DNA from: Desulfosudaceae bacterium
GTDB taxonomy: Bacteria; Desulfobacterota; Desulfobacteria; Desulfobacterales; Desulfosudaceae
Direction of reading: 5' to 3'
Assembly (NCBI GenBank): GCA_963674745.2
Contig: CAXXDV010000001.1
Location: 2,080,001-2,144,000 of the forward strand
DNA length: 64,000 bases
The notes beneath the pieces were generated by a model that worked only from the letters and a program-made list of their open reading frames with translations, made no database searches and was not told where the DNA came from. Positions 1 through 9,119 of the stretch are shown piece by piece (position 1 is the first letter of the stretch; each line of letters starts with the position of its first letter). The position numbers and the translations under genes are program-made.

Positions 1-906
1 GAGTATGACACGGCTTTTTTTGACAAAGGGTCAAAATTTCTCCATTACCCGGCCAAAGCCACCATCCTGACCGGCGTGGAATTCGATCATGCCGATATTT
101 TTGACGATCTGGCCGCTGTTAAACGGACGTTTGACCGGCTTCTGTCCGGCCTGGGACCCAACAGCACGGTTGTCGCTTTTGATGCCGATGCCAATGTTTC
201 TGAACTGGTAAACAATCGGGCCTGCCGGATTATCCGCTATGGCGGTCATGAAGACTCCGAATGGCGACTGGGCCGGGTAACGGTCCGTCCCCCGCTGACG
301 GAATTTGAAATCATTAAATCCGGTCGTGTGCTGGGCCTTTTTTCAACCCCGTTAATCGGTCGCCATAATCTCTATAATGCCCTGGCTGCCGTGGCCGTGG
401 CCGACAGCGTCGGCGTATCAACCGATGCCATATCCCGCGGCCTGGCCGGTTTTGGCGGCGTAAAGCGGCGGCAGGAGGTGCGGGGCGTCAAAAACAACGT
501 TATTGTAATGGATGATTTCGCCCATCACCCCACGGCTGTGGCCGAAACCCTGGCCGGTGTCAGAAGCGCCTATCCCGATGTCCGGCTGGTGGCGGTGTTT
601 GAGCCCAGGACCAATACCAGTATGCGGGATGTTTTTCAGGCGGATTACGCCCGGGCCTTTGACGCAGCCGATATTATTTGTATCAGTCATCCCCCTCATC
701 CAGAAAAGGCGCCGGAAGGACATCGTTTTTCTTCTGAACAACTGGCGGCCGATCTTACCGGCCGGGGAAAAAACGCCTTTTGTTTCAAAAATGCGGACAA
801 GATCGTAGCCTTTCTCGCTTCCGAAGCCCGGCCCGGTGACCTGATTCTGGTCATGTCCAACGGCGGGTTTGACAATATCCACCACAAGCTGTTGACCATG
901 TTGTAA
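1..906 (+). CDS. mpl: UDP-N-acetylmuramate:L-Ala-gamma-D-Glu-mDAP ligase (5' truncated by window)
   Basis: Frame 1 is open from base 1: EYDTAFFDKGSKF, EFDHADIF, DDFAHHPTA, FEPRTNT, MSNGGF motifs. Confidence 0.9.
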   Translation, partial: EYDTAFFDKGSKFLHYPAKATILTGVEFDHADIFDDLAAVKRTFDRLLSGLGPNSTVVAFDADANVSELVNNRACRIIRYGGHEDSEWRLGRVTVRPPLTEFEIIKSGRVLGLFSTPLIGRHNLYNALAAVAVADSVGVSTDAISRGLAGFGGVKRRQEVRGVKNNVIVMDDFAHHPTAVAETLAGVRSAYPDVRLVAVFEPRTNTSMRDVFQADYARAFDAADIICISHPPHPEKAPEGHRFSSEQLAADLTGRGKNAFCFKNADKIVAFLASEARPGDLILVMSNGGFDNIHHKLLTML

Positions 907-1228
907 GTCCAGGGGTTTCGACCGTTGGCCTGTCTGGCGAAGGCTTTGGCTTTAAGGGGCCAAGGATCCCAGGGGCCGAGGGCTCAAGGGCTTGTTGTTG
1001 TAGTTCACTTGACCCCTATACCCCTGGAATCCTTGGGTCCTTCGTTTGTCACAACTGGTCGGAAGATGAACCGGAAGTATAAAAATGCGCATCCTGTTCA
1101 GGCGCCCTTGTGTTTTATGGCAGAATCAAATATTGTTACCCCCGTGAAAAAATGTCGTATTGAAACACAATTTTACAATACGGAAATTATTGTTTCTTAG
1201 TGTAGGCGTAAAAAAAACATAATTTGGA

Positions 1229-1348
1229 TGGCAAAGTAAAAAGTTCAAGATCAAGACGCGCAAATCCTGAGGGATACAGCGTACATAGAAGTACGTGAAA
1301 TCCCGAAGGATGAAGCGCAACGCAGATATTGGACTTTTTAAGAAGCCA
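1229..1348. repeat. ~120-bp palindromic MITE-like intergenic repeat, copy 1
   Basis: AAAAAGTTCAA..GCGCAAATCCTGAG..GCGTAC..GTACGTGAAAT..GCGCAACGC..TTGGACTTTTT; a near-identical unit lies at 11396-11515. Confidence 0.75.
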
Positions 1349-1369
1349 TCTTAGTTGGAGAAATGGAAC

Positions 1370-2614
1370 GTGAACATTAATGACAGGCCGCTTCGCGTCT
1401 GCCTGTTGAGTTATCGCAGCAATCCCCATTGCGGCGGGCAGGGGGTGTATGTCAGGAATTTGAGTTCCGGGCTGTCCCGCCTGGGTCACCGTGTGGAGGT
1501 CGTGTCCGGGCCGCCGGATCCGCAGTTGAAAGACGGGGTAAAGCTGACCCATCTGCCGACCCTGGATCTGTACAATCCGGAAAACCCCTTCCGCATGCCG
1601 TCCTTAAGAGAGCTGTCGGAGCCGATCAATTTCATGGAATGGCTCGGCGTGTCCACCATGGGCTTCCCCGAGATGTTCACCTTCGGCTTACGGGCCTACA
1701 ACTTTCTCAAAAAAAATCACCATCGTTTTGATATTGTTCATGATAATCAGAGCCTTTCCTACGGTGTCTGGGCCATTAAACGGAAAATGCCGACGGTCAT
1801 TACGATTCATCATCCCATTACCCGGGACAGGGAAATCGCCATCAAAAGCACCCGTTCTTCACTGACCCGGCTGAAGCATATGCGCTGGTACTCGTTTATC
1901 GGTATGCAGAAAAGGGTCTCCCGCACCTTTCCCCGGATTTTAACGGTTTCCGAATGCTCCCGGGCGGATATCTGCCGGGATTTTGATATCCCCCGACACC
2001 GCTTTGCCGTGGTGCCCAACGGCATCAATACCGAGCTGTTTTATCCCATCCCGGAGATCGAGCGGGAGCCCGACCGCATTATCGTGACCAATAGTGCCGA
2101 CACCCCGTTAAAGGGCCTTTATTACCTGTTGCGGGCCGTGGCACTGATTGCCGCCGAGCGGAGCGTCAAGATGACCGTGATCGGAACGCCCAAGGAAAAC
2201 GGTGGTGTTGTCCGGCTTGTGAAAAAACTGGGTATCGGCCCGCTGGTCAATTTCACAGGCCGTGTCAGCAATGAGGATTTTGTCAGGCATTACGCCCGTT
2301 CGACGGTGGCGGTGGTGCCCTCCGAATACGAGGGCTTCGGCCTGCCGGCCGGAGAGGCCATGGCCTGCGGGATTCCCGTGATCAGCACTTCCGGCGGGGC
2401 TTTGCCGGAAGTGGTGGGAGACGCCGGGATCATCGTTCCGCCCAAAGACGCGGACGCGCTGGCCAGGGCGATTGTGCGGGTGCTTGACAACCCGGCGCTG
2501 GCCAAAGAATTGGGACAAAAAGGGTATAAACGCGTACATCAGCTGTTTACCTGGGAAAATGCCGCCCGGGAAACAGTGAAGTTATATCGGGAGGTTATTG
2601 ATGGTTACCGCTGA
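1370..2614 (+). CDS. GT4 glycosyltransferase, resembles mycobacterial ManT alpha-1,4-mannosyltransferase
   Basis: LLSYRSNPHCGGQGVYVR N-terminus and EGFGLPAGEAMACG GT4 motif; GTG start after GGAG. Confidence 0.85.
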   Translation: MNINDRPLRVCLLSYRSNPHCGGQGVYVRNLSSGLSRLGHRVEVVSGPPDPQLKDGVKLTHLPTLDLYNPENPFRMPSLRELSEPINFMEWLGVSTMGFPEMFTFGLRAYNFLKKNHHRFDIVHDNQSLSYGVWAIKRKMPTVITIHHPITRDREIAIKSTRSSLTRLKHMRWYSFIGMQKRVSRTFPRILTVSECSRADICRDFDIPRHRFAVVPNGINTELFYPIPEIEREPDRIIVTNSADTPLKGLYYLLRAVALIAAERSVKMTVIGTPKENGGVVRLVKKLGIGPLVNFTGRVSNEDFVRHYARSTVAVVPSEYEGFGLPAGEAMACGIPVISTSGGALPEVVGDAGIIVPPKDADALARAIVRVLDNPALAKELGQKGYKRVHQLFTWENAARETVKLYREVIDGYR

Positions 2615-3317
2615 TTTCAGCCGACTGAAGATAGGGCCCGGATCCGTCATTCTGGATATCGGCTGCGGCGAAGGCCGCCATGTCTGCGCCGGGTATCAAC
2701 AAAAAGGCGTTACCGTGGTGGGCGCGGATCTGTGTTTTGATTCCTTAAAAGGCGCCAAGGGGAGACTGGAGTTCCATGACCAGCTCGGCGAACACGGGGG
2801 CGGTGCTTGGGGCCTGCTGCAGACGGATATTACCCGTCTGCCGTTTGCCGACGGTACCTTTGATCTGGTCATTTGTTCCGAGGTGTTGGAACATATCCCG
2901 GAAGACAGTGCCGCCATGCGGGAAATCATCCGGGTGGTCAAGCCGGGCAGCGACCTGGTGGTCAGTGTGCCCCGCTATTATCCCGAGCGGATCTGCTGGG
3001 CCCTGTCCGATGAGTATTTCAACGTCAACCAGGGTCATGTCCGGATTTACCGGCAAGACCAGTTGATAGGCCGCCTGGAAAAAATGGGCGTCAGGCAGTA
3101 TGCCCGGCATTTCGCCCATAGCCTGCATTCACCCTACTGGTGGATGAAATGTCTGTTCGGTCCGACCCGGACTGATTGCGTTCCGGTCAACTTGTATCAC
3201 CGGTTTCTGACCTGGGATATCATGAAAAAGCCGAAACTCACCAGGGCTGCCAGCCGTTTGCTGAATCCGGTCCTGGGCAAAAGCCTGGTGCTTTATTTTA
3301 AGAAACAGGCAGCGTAA
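2601..3317 (+). CDS. Class I SAM-dependent methyltransferase
   Basis: LDIGCGEGRH and FDLVICSEVLEH motifs; overlaps the GT4 stop. Confidence 0.85.
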   Translation: MVTADFSRLKIGPGSVILDIGCGEGRHVCAGYQQKGVTVVGADLCFDSLKGAKGRLEFHDQLGEHGGGAWGLLQTDITRLPFADGTFDLVICSEVLEHIPEDSAAMREIIRVVKPGSDLVVSVPRYYPERICWALSDEYFNVNQGHVRIYRQDQLIGRLEKMGVRQYARHFAHSLHSPYWWMKCLFGPTRTDCVPVNLYHRFLTWDIMKKPKLTRAASRLLNPVLGKSLVLYFKKQAA

Positions 3318-3340
3318 AAATCGCGCAGGCCGCGAATGCT

Positions 3341-3456
3341 GTAGGGGCAGGCCCCCGTGCCTGCCCGATAAAAGGGCACCCACAGGGGGGTGCCCCTACA
3401 GAGAGGTAGACGGCGCAGGCCCGGGGGTTGTAGGGGCAGGCCCCTGTGCCTGCCCG
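3341..3456. repeat. GTAG-type REP palindrome cluster
   Basis: GTAGGGGCAGGCCCCCGTGCCTGCCC units and inverted GGGCACCCACAGGGGGGTGCCCCTAC. Confidence 0.8.
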
Positions 3457-3521
3457 ATTTGATAAAAGCGCAGGTTAATCGGAAAAAATCATAAAAACCC
3501 CGGTTATAGGAGGTGCCGATT

Positions 3522-4970
3522 ATGATGATGACGGCGGAAGCATATGAAGAGAGTCTTCGCAAGCTGAATCTTAACGTTTACCTGTTCGGGAAAAAACTGG
3601 ATAATGTGGTGGATAACCCGATTATCCGGCCCTCCATGAACGCGGTTGCCAAAACCTATGAACTGGCTCATTTGCCGGAGCATGAAGATCTGATGACCGC
3701 CACGTCCCATCTGACCGGCCGGACCATTAACCGCTTTACTCATATTCATCAGAGCACCGCCGACCTGGTTAAAAAGACCCGCATGGGCCGCCTGCTGGGC
3801 GGGGCCACGGGCTGCTGTTTTCAGCGTTGCGTGGGCATGGATGCCTTAAATGCGCTGTCCATCGTTACCTATGATATCGATGCCGAACACGGCACCGAAT
3901 ACCACCGGCGGTTTAACCGGTACCTGGAATATGTTCAGGAGAACGACCTGACCTGCGACGGTGCCATGACCGATCCCAAGGGCGACCGTTCCCTGCCGCC
4001 GCACAAACAGGCCGACCCGGACATGTACATGCGGGTGGTACAGGTCAAGGACGACGGGATCGTTGTCCGCGGCGCCAAGGCCCATCAGACCGGGGCCGTA
4101 AACTCCCACGAAATTATCATTATGCCGACCATTGCCATGCGCGAGGCGGACAGGGATTACGCGATTTCGTTCGCCCTGCCCAGTGACGCCGAAGGCATCA
4201 CCTACATCATGGGCCGGCAGTCGTGTGACACCCGGAAGCTGGAAAAAGGGGTCATTGATCGGGGCAATTTTATTTTTGGCGGCCACGAAGCGCTGGTGGT
4301 GTTCGAGGACGTGTTCGTGCCCCATGAGCGGATCTTCATGCTCAGGGAGTATGCGTTCGCCGGCCGGCTGGTGGAGCAGTTCGCCGCCTATCATCGCCAG
4401 AGTTACGCCTGCAAGGTGGGGGTGGGCGATGTGCTCATCGGCGCGTCCCAACTGGCTGCCGAATATAACGGCGCGGACCGGGCCTCCCACATTAAAGATA
4501 AAATCGTGGAGATGAATCACCTGAACGAGACCCTGTTCTGCGGTTCGATCTCCTGTGCCGCTGCCGGCCATGCCGAGCCCAGCGGGACCTATGCCGTCAA
4601 TACGTTGCTGGCCAATGTGTTCAAGCAGAACGTGACCCGGTTCCCATATGAAATTGCGCGACTGGCTCAGGACATTGCCGGCGGGCTGATGGTCACCCTG
4701 CCGTCGGAAGACGATTTCAACGCGCCGGCTGTGGGTGACATGCTGAAAAAATACTTCAAGGGCCGGGATGACATACCGGTCGGACACCGGCAGCGGATCC
4801 TGCGATTGATCGAAAACCTGACCCTGGGAACTGCGGCCGTGGGCTATCTGACCGAGTCCATGCACGGTGCCGGATCGCCTCAGGCACAACGCATCATGAT
4901 TTCCCGGCTGGTCAATATGGATGAAAAGAAGAAAAAAGCCGGCAAACTGTGCGGCATTGATGATGAATAA
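3522..4970 (+). CDS. abfD: 4-hydroxybutyryl-CoA dehydratase/vinylacetyl-CoA isomerase (AbfD; HpaB-fold family)
   Basis: CFQRCVGMDA Fe-S motif, GAMTDPKGDRS, GAKAHQTG, ESMHGAGSPQAQ; GGAGG RBS. Confidence 0.8.
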   Translation: MMMTAEAYEESLRKLNLNVYLFGKKLDNVVDNPIIRPSMNAVAKTYELAHLPEHEDLMTATSHLTGRTINRFTHIHQSTADLVKKTRMGRLLGGATGCCFQRCVGMDALNALSIVTYDIDAEHGTEYHRRFNRYLEYVQENDLTCDGAMTDPKGDRSLPPHKQADPDMYMRVVQVKDDGIVVRGAKAHQTGAVNSHEIIIMPTIAMREADRDYAISFALPSDAEGITYIMGRQSCDTRKLEKGVIDRGNFIFGGHEALVVFEDVFVPHERIFMLREYAFAGRLVEQFAAYHRQSYACKVGVGDVLIGASQLAAEYNGADRASHIKDKIVEMNHLNETLFCGSISCAAAGHAEPSGTYAVNTLLANVFKQNVTRFPYEIARLAQDIAGGLMVTLPSEDDFNAPAVGDMLKKYFKGRDDIPVGHRQRILRLIENLTLGTAAVGYLTESMHGAGSPQAQRIMISRLVNMDEKKKKAGKLCGIDDE

Positions 4971-5237
4971 ATGACCGCTGACATGAAAACAGCGCGAATC
5001 AAATTCTGCGGAGGATGCAACCCCGAATATGACCGTGTGGCCGCAGCCGGACGTATCCGGCGGCATCTGGAGGCGGCCGGATACAGGGTCGAAACCGGCA
5101 GCGGAAAAGGCGACCTGGCGGTTGTTGTTTGCGGGTGCGCCTGCGCCTGTGCCGATGTGAGCGGGCTGAAGTGTGACCGAATGATTACGGTGACGGGAGA
5201 GGAAGAAGAGGCGAAATCATATCTCTACAGCGTGTAG
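4971..5237 (+). CDS. Small Cys-rich hypothetical protein
   Basis: CGGCNPEYDR..CGCACACA; directly follows abfD. Confidence 0.65.
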   Translation: MTADMKTARIKFCGGCNPEYDRVAAAGRIRRHLEAAGYRVETGSGKGDLAVVVCGCACACADVSGLKCDRMITVTGEEEEAKSYLYSV

Positions 5238-5354
5238 GGGCGACCGGCGGGTCGCCCTCCGGCGGTGGCACCGGTTAAAGAGATAGCCGCTTGTCCGGAA
5301 TGACGGGTTGTTGGGAAAATATCTATATGACGTTAGGTGTTTTGAGGAAATTTC

Positions 5355-6086
5355 ATGGGATTTCAGCTGACCCGCAGGATCGATTATTTCCAGTCGGCCA
5401 CGGATGGTCATATCAAGCTGGATTCGCTGATGAAAATTCTGCAGAATGCGGCCCTTGAGCATGTCCATGAAGCGGATCGCGATTCCCGGGTGCTCATTTC
5501 CGAAGGGTTCGCCTGGATCCTCAACAAGGTCGCCCTGACCATTTTCAGGCATCCCTTTTACGGGGAAACCCTGACGGTCGATACCTGGCACCGGGGAACG
5601 AAAGGTTTCAAGTCTTACCGTGAGTATGAAATCCGGTCGGGCACGGAAAAGGTCGCCGCGGCCGCAAGCTCCTGGCTTTATCTTGACCTTGACCGGCGGC
5701 GGGTGATCAAAGTGCCGGTGGAGACAGATGCCCTTTACGGGGTCAGGCCGGACTTCGCCCTTGACTTTGATATCGAACAGTGGCGGCCGGACAAAAAGCT
5801 TGAGCCGGCCTTTATCATGGCTATCACCACCCGTCATTCGGATTACGATATGCTGGGGCATGTCAACAACGCCGCTTATTTCGATTACCTGGACACGCTG
5901 CTTCATCAGTCGAACAACGGTCTGGCCGGGGTAAAAGGTATCGCCATCCAGTATAACCGGGAAATCGGTGCCGATGTCCGGCGGATCCAGGCGGGTGTGT
6001 CCGGCAACGAAACCGGCGGCAAATCTTTTATTATTTATGATGAAAAACAGGTATACGCCTGCGGGGATATCTCGTTTGCGGGTTGA
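5355..6086 (+). CDS. Acyl-ACP thioesterase (FatA-like double hotdog)
   Basis: DMLGHVNNAAY catalytic motif; N-terminal hotdog pattern. Confidence 0.8.
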   Translation: MGFQLTRRIDYFQSATDGHIKLDSLMKILQNAALEHVHEADRDSRVLISEGFAWILNKVALTIFRHPFYGETLTVDTWHRGTKGFKSYREYEIRSGTEKVAAAASSWLYLDLDRRRVIKVPVETDALYGVRPDFALDFDIEQWRPDKKLEPAFIMAITTRHSDYDMLGHVNNAAYFDYLDTLLHQSNNGLAGVKGIAIQYNREIGADVRRIQAGVSGNETGGKSFIIYDEKQVYACGDISFAG

Positions 6087-6136
6087 ACCCTCGACCCCTT
6101 GGCCCCTTGAACCCTTATTAAGGTTAGGAACTGAAA

Positions 6137-6949
6137 ATGGAGGATAAAATGCCCCAGACCATTATGAACGACATTCGCGCTTATCTGGACAAAAAAGACA
6201 TTCCCGTTCACGGTGTGGCCGACGCGGTTGAGCTGAACCGCATCGCGCCGGCGGGTTTTCGCCCGGAGGATATGCTGCCCGGTGCCCGTTCGGTGTTGAT
6301 CGTGGCCAAGCCTTTGCCTTTGTCGGTTTTCCAGACACCCAAAAACCATAAAATATATTCGTTCTACACCAGTTCATTTCATACTTACTACCAGGCCACC
6401 AACGAGGCGGTGAACAGCCTCTGCCTGATGATCGAAGACGCGGGATACGCGGCCCTGCCCATACCGTCCTACAGTCCCTTGAAATTTCATGATGGTGAGC
6501 CCCGTGGCCTGGTCAGCCTGAAACATATGGCCGTGGCTGCCGGCCTGGGGAAAATGGGCAAGAACACCCTTCTGATTCATCCCGAAGAAGGCAACATCCT
6601 ACGTCTGGGCGGGTTGATGACGACATTGGAACTGCCGGCCGACGGTCCCGGCGAGTTTCCCAAACTGTGCCCGGCGGGTTGTCATAAATGCCTGGATGCC
6701 TGCCCGGTAGGGGCCTTGTCGGAGAACGGCATCAATAAAATGCAGTGCATGGGAAACTGCATTGACCATCTGTTGATGCCGCCGCGATGGGCTTTATCCA
6801 TGATTCGCTGGCCGGTGGGTAAAAGCCGAATGCTGACCAATCTCATGGACCTGTTTGCGTTGAGTTTTTTTGAAAGCTACGGTGTGTCCTGCTTTGCCTG
6901 TCTCAAGGCCTGTCCCCATTTCCCGGGCAATCGGAAAGCAGCCGGCTGA
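6137..6949 (+). CDS. QueG-like 4Fe-4S protein
   Basis: SLKHMAVAAGLGKMGKN, CHKCLDACPVGA, CFACLKACP. Confidence 0.7.
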   Translation: MEDKMPQTIMNDIRAYLDKKDIPVHGVADAVELNRIAPAGFRPEDMLPGARSVLIVAKPLPLSVFQTPKNHKIYSFYTSSFHTYYQATNEAVNSLCLMIEDAGYAALPIPSYSPLKFHDGEPRGLVSLKHMAVAAGLGKMGKNTLLIHPEEGNILRLGGLMTTLELPADGPGEFPKLCPAGCHKCLDACPVGALSENGINKMQCMGNCIDHLLMPPRWALSMIRWPVGKSRMLTNLMDLFALSFFESYGVSCFACLKACPHFPGNRKAAG

Positions 6950-6979
6950 CCGGCGGATAACTTTTTACTGCTTAAAACC

Positions 6980-8509
6980 ATGTCAAAAAGAGAACGGTTT
7001 GTTTTTTTGTTTTTTTTTGTTTCCCTGCTGATAATCGGCATGGTTGTGGCTGATGATTACGGTGTGCCCTGGGATGAATACAGGCAACGGGCCACTGGCT
7101 TTTTCGCGTACAACTACCTGGTGAATGATGATGACGCCCTGTTTGATTATCAGGATAGATGCTATGGGACGGCTTTTGAGCTTCCCCTGGTTATGCTGGA
7201 AAAGGTTCTGGATCTGCAGACCACCCACACAATTTTTATCATGCGGCATTATGTCGTTTTTCTTTGTTTTTATTTTTCCTGCATGGCTTTTTATTTTCTA
7301 ACCAGAAAACTGTTCGGAAGCTGGCAGCTGTCCCTGGTGGCAGTCGGACTGCTGGTCGTCAGTCCGAGAATTTTCGCTCATGCGTTTTATAACTCCAAAG
7401 ACCTCGTTTTCATGTCCGTGTTTATCATTTCCTTTTATACCCTGACGGTTTTTATGGAGAGACAGACGTTTTTAAGCTGTTTGTTCCATGCCGCATCGTC
7501 GGCCTTTCTTATCGATATAAGGGTCGTTGGTCTGATGATTCCGTTTTTTACGGTTTTCTGGATAATTGTTCGATGTTTTCGGGACAGGATGATGATTGCA
7601 CTTTTGAAAAAAGGGCTGTTATATTTAGCCCTTTTAACCGGTTTAGTCATTTTATTCTGGCCTTATCTGTGGCGAAACCCTATGTCCAACTTCGTGGACG
7701 CGTTTATCACCATGAGCCATTATCCCTGGATGGATTTTATGCTTTACGGCGGGGAGTATATCAGATCCGATCGTCTCCCCTGGCACTACCTGCCGGTCTG
7801 GATATTGATTACCATTCCCCCGGCCTACTCATTGTTTTTTTTCGTGGGCGCGAGCGTCATTCTCTTCAGTTTTATTAAAAGCCCCAAAGGGTTCCTGTTG
7901 GAAACGACCGGCCTCTTTCTGGTTATGGCCTGGTTCTTCTGCCCTGTTATTCTTGTGATTGTCTTGAAATCCACCATCTACGACGAGTGGCGGCAACTAT
8001 ATTTTATTTATCCGGCATTTGTTCTCTTAAGCGCCGCCGGTATAAAAATGGTCTGGGAGTTGCCCGGGGGCTTTCGTCATATGTTAAAAACGGCGGCGTT
8101 TTTATGCCTGGCCGCAAACATGGTGGTGGCTTTGCATTTTATGGTCAGGTTCCACCCCCATGGCAATGTCTATTTCAATGTGCTGGCCGGTACGGATTAT
8201 AAACAGGTTAAGAATCGTTTTGAAATGGATTACTGGGGACTGGCTTATCGGCAGGCCCTGGAAAAGATTCTGGAGGTTGATAATAGAAAAAAGATCCTGG
8301 TTTTTTCCGTTAATTGTCCCGGTGTGTATAATTCACTGATTCTTCCGGAAAAAGAAAAGCGCCGGATTTGGTTTACAAATGATATGGATAAAGCGGATTA
8401 TTTTATCACCAACTACAGGCTGCACAGTAAACCTTATGAGTTGGAGAAAGAAATGTTCTCGGTCTACGTTAAGGGGGTGAAGATCGCATCGGTTTTCAGG
8501 TCGTTCTAA
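6980..8509 (+). CDS. Polytopic membrane glycosyltransferase (GT-C, ArnT/PMT-like)
   Basis: YGVPWDE, PRIFAHAFYNSKD, DYWG; many TM segments; paralogous to 50725-52320. Confidence 0.7.
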   Translation: MSKRERFVFLFFFVSLLIIGMVVADDYGVPWDEYRQRATGFFAYNYLVNDDDALFDYQDRCYGTAFELPLVMLEKVLDLQTTHTIFIMRHYVVFLCFYFSCMAFYFLTRKLFGSWQLSLVAVGLLVVSPRIFAHAFYNSKDLVFMSVFIISFYTLTVFMERQTFLSCLFHAASSAFLIDIRVVGLMIPFFTVFWIIVRCFRDRMMIALLKKGLLYLALLTGLVILFWPYLWRNPMSNFVDAFITMSHYPWMDFMLYGGEYIRSDRLPWHYLPVWILITIPPAYSLFFFVGASVILFSFIKSPKGFLLETTGLFLVMAWFFCPVILVIVLKSTIYDEWRQLYFIYPAFVLLSAAGIKMVWELPGGFRHMLKTAAFLCLAANMVVALHFMVRFHPHGNVYFNVLAGTDYKQVKNRFEMDYWGLAYRQALEKILEVDNRKKILVFSVNCPGVYNSLILPEKEKRRIWFTNDMDKADYFITNYRLHSKPYELEKEMFSVYVKGVKIASVFRSF

Positions 8510-9119
8510 GGCGTTGAAGCACACCCAGGGTCTTGACGCGGGAGTGGGGCTCAAACAGGCCTGAAGATAAGGCCAGTTTGTAAATTTCGTAAGGGGCCTG
8601 TCCGCCTTCGTCCGGGTTTTCAAAAATATCGTGAATCAGTAAAAATCCGCCCGGCATGATGTGTTTTGCCCAGCTTTCATAGTCGCCGGTGGCGGTTTCA
8701 AGGGAATGACCGCCGTCAATGAAAACCAGGGAAAGCGGGGTGCCCCAGGACCTGGCTGCTACGGACGAAGGACAGACAATGGGCACCACCGTATCGTCCA
8801 GACCGGCTTTTGCAATGGCCGACAGAAAAAGGGGCAGGGTATTGATGCGTCCGGTCTTGTAATCGTAAAGGGAAGGATCAAAATATTCTTCGCCGGGCTG
8901 CTGTTCTTCCGAACCTTTGTGATGATCAATGGAATAAAGAACACCACCGTTGTTCCGGCAGGCAATACCCAGGCAGACAGCCGATTTTCCGCAGTAACTG
9001 CCGATTTCCAGGCAGGGGCCGAGCCGGCTGGCTTCCAGCGCTGTAAGATACAGGTGGGCCGCTTCTTCCTCGTCCAGGAATCCTTTTATGTCGTCAAGCT
9101 GTCGGATATCGAAAGTCAT
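8496..9119 (-). CDS. Class I SAM methyltransferase (Methyltransf_24), resembles mycobacterial MeT1
   Basis: EIGSYCGKS, IDHHKGSEEQQPG, FIDGGH, IHDIF. Confidence 0.8.
   Translation of the reverse strand: MTFDIRQLDDIKGFLDEEEAAHLYLTALEASRLGPCLEIGSYCGKSAVCLGIACRNNGGVLYSIDHHKGSEEQQPGEEYFDPSLYDYKTGRINTLPLFLSAIAKAGLDDTVVPIVCPSSVAARSWGTPLSLVFIDGGHSLETATGDYESWAKHIMPGGFLLIHDIFENPDEGGQAPYEIYKLALSSGLFEPHSRVKTLGVLQRLRTT

Noticed and set aside
957..1040. Short degenerate 7-8-bp repeats (also 6084-6115, 15687-15713, 60066-60088)
   Set aside because: They are low-complexity intergenic tracts too short to assign a function.
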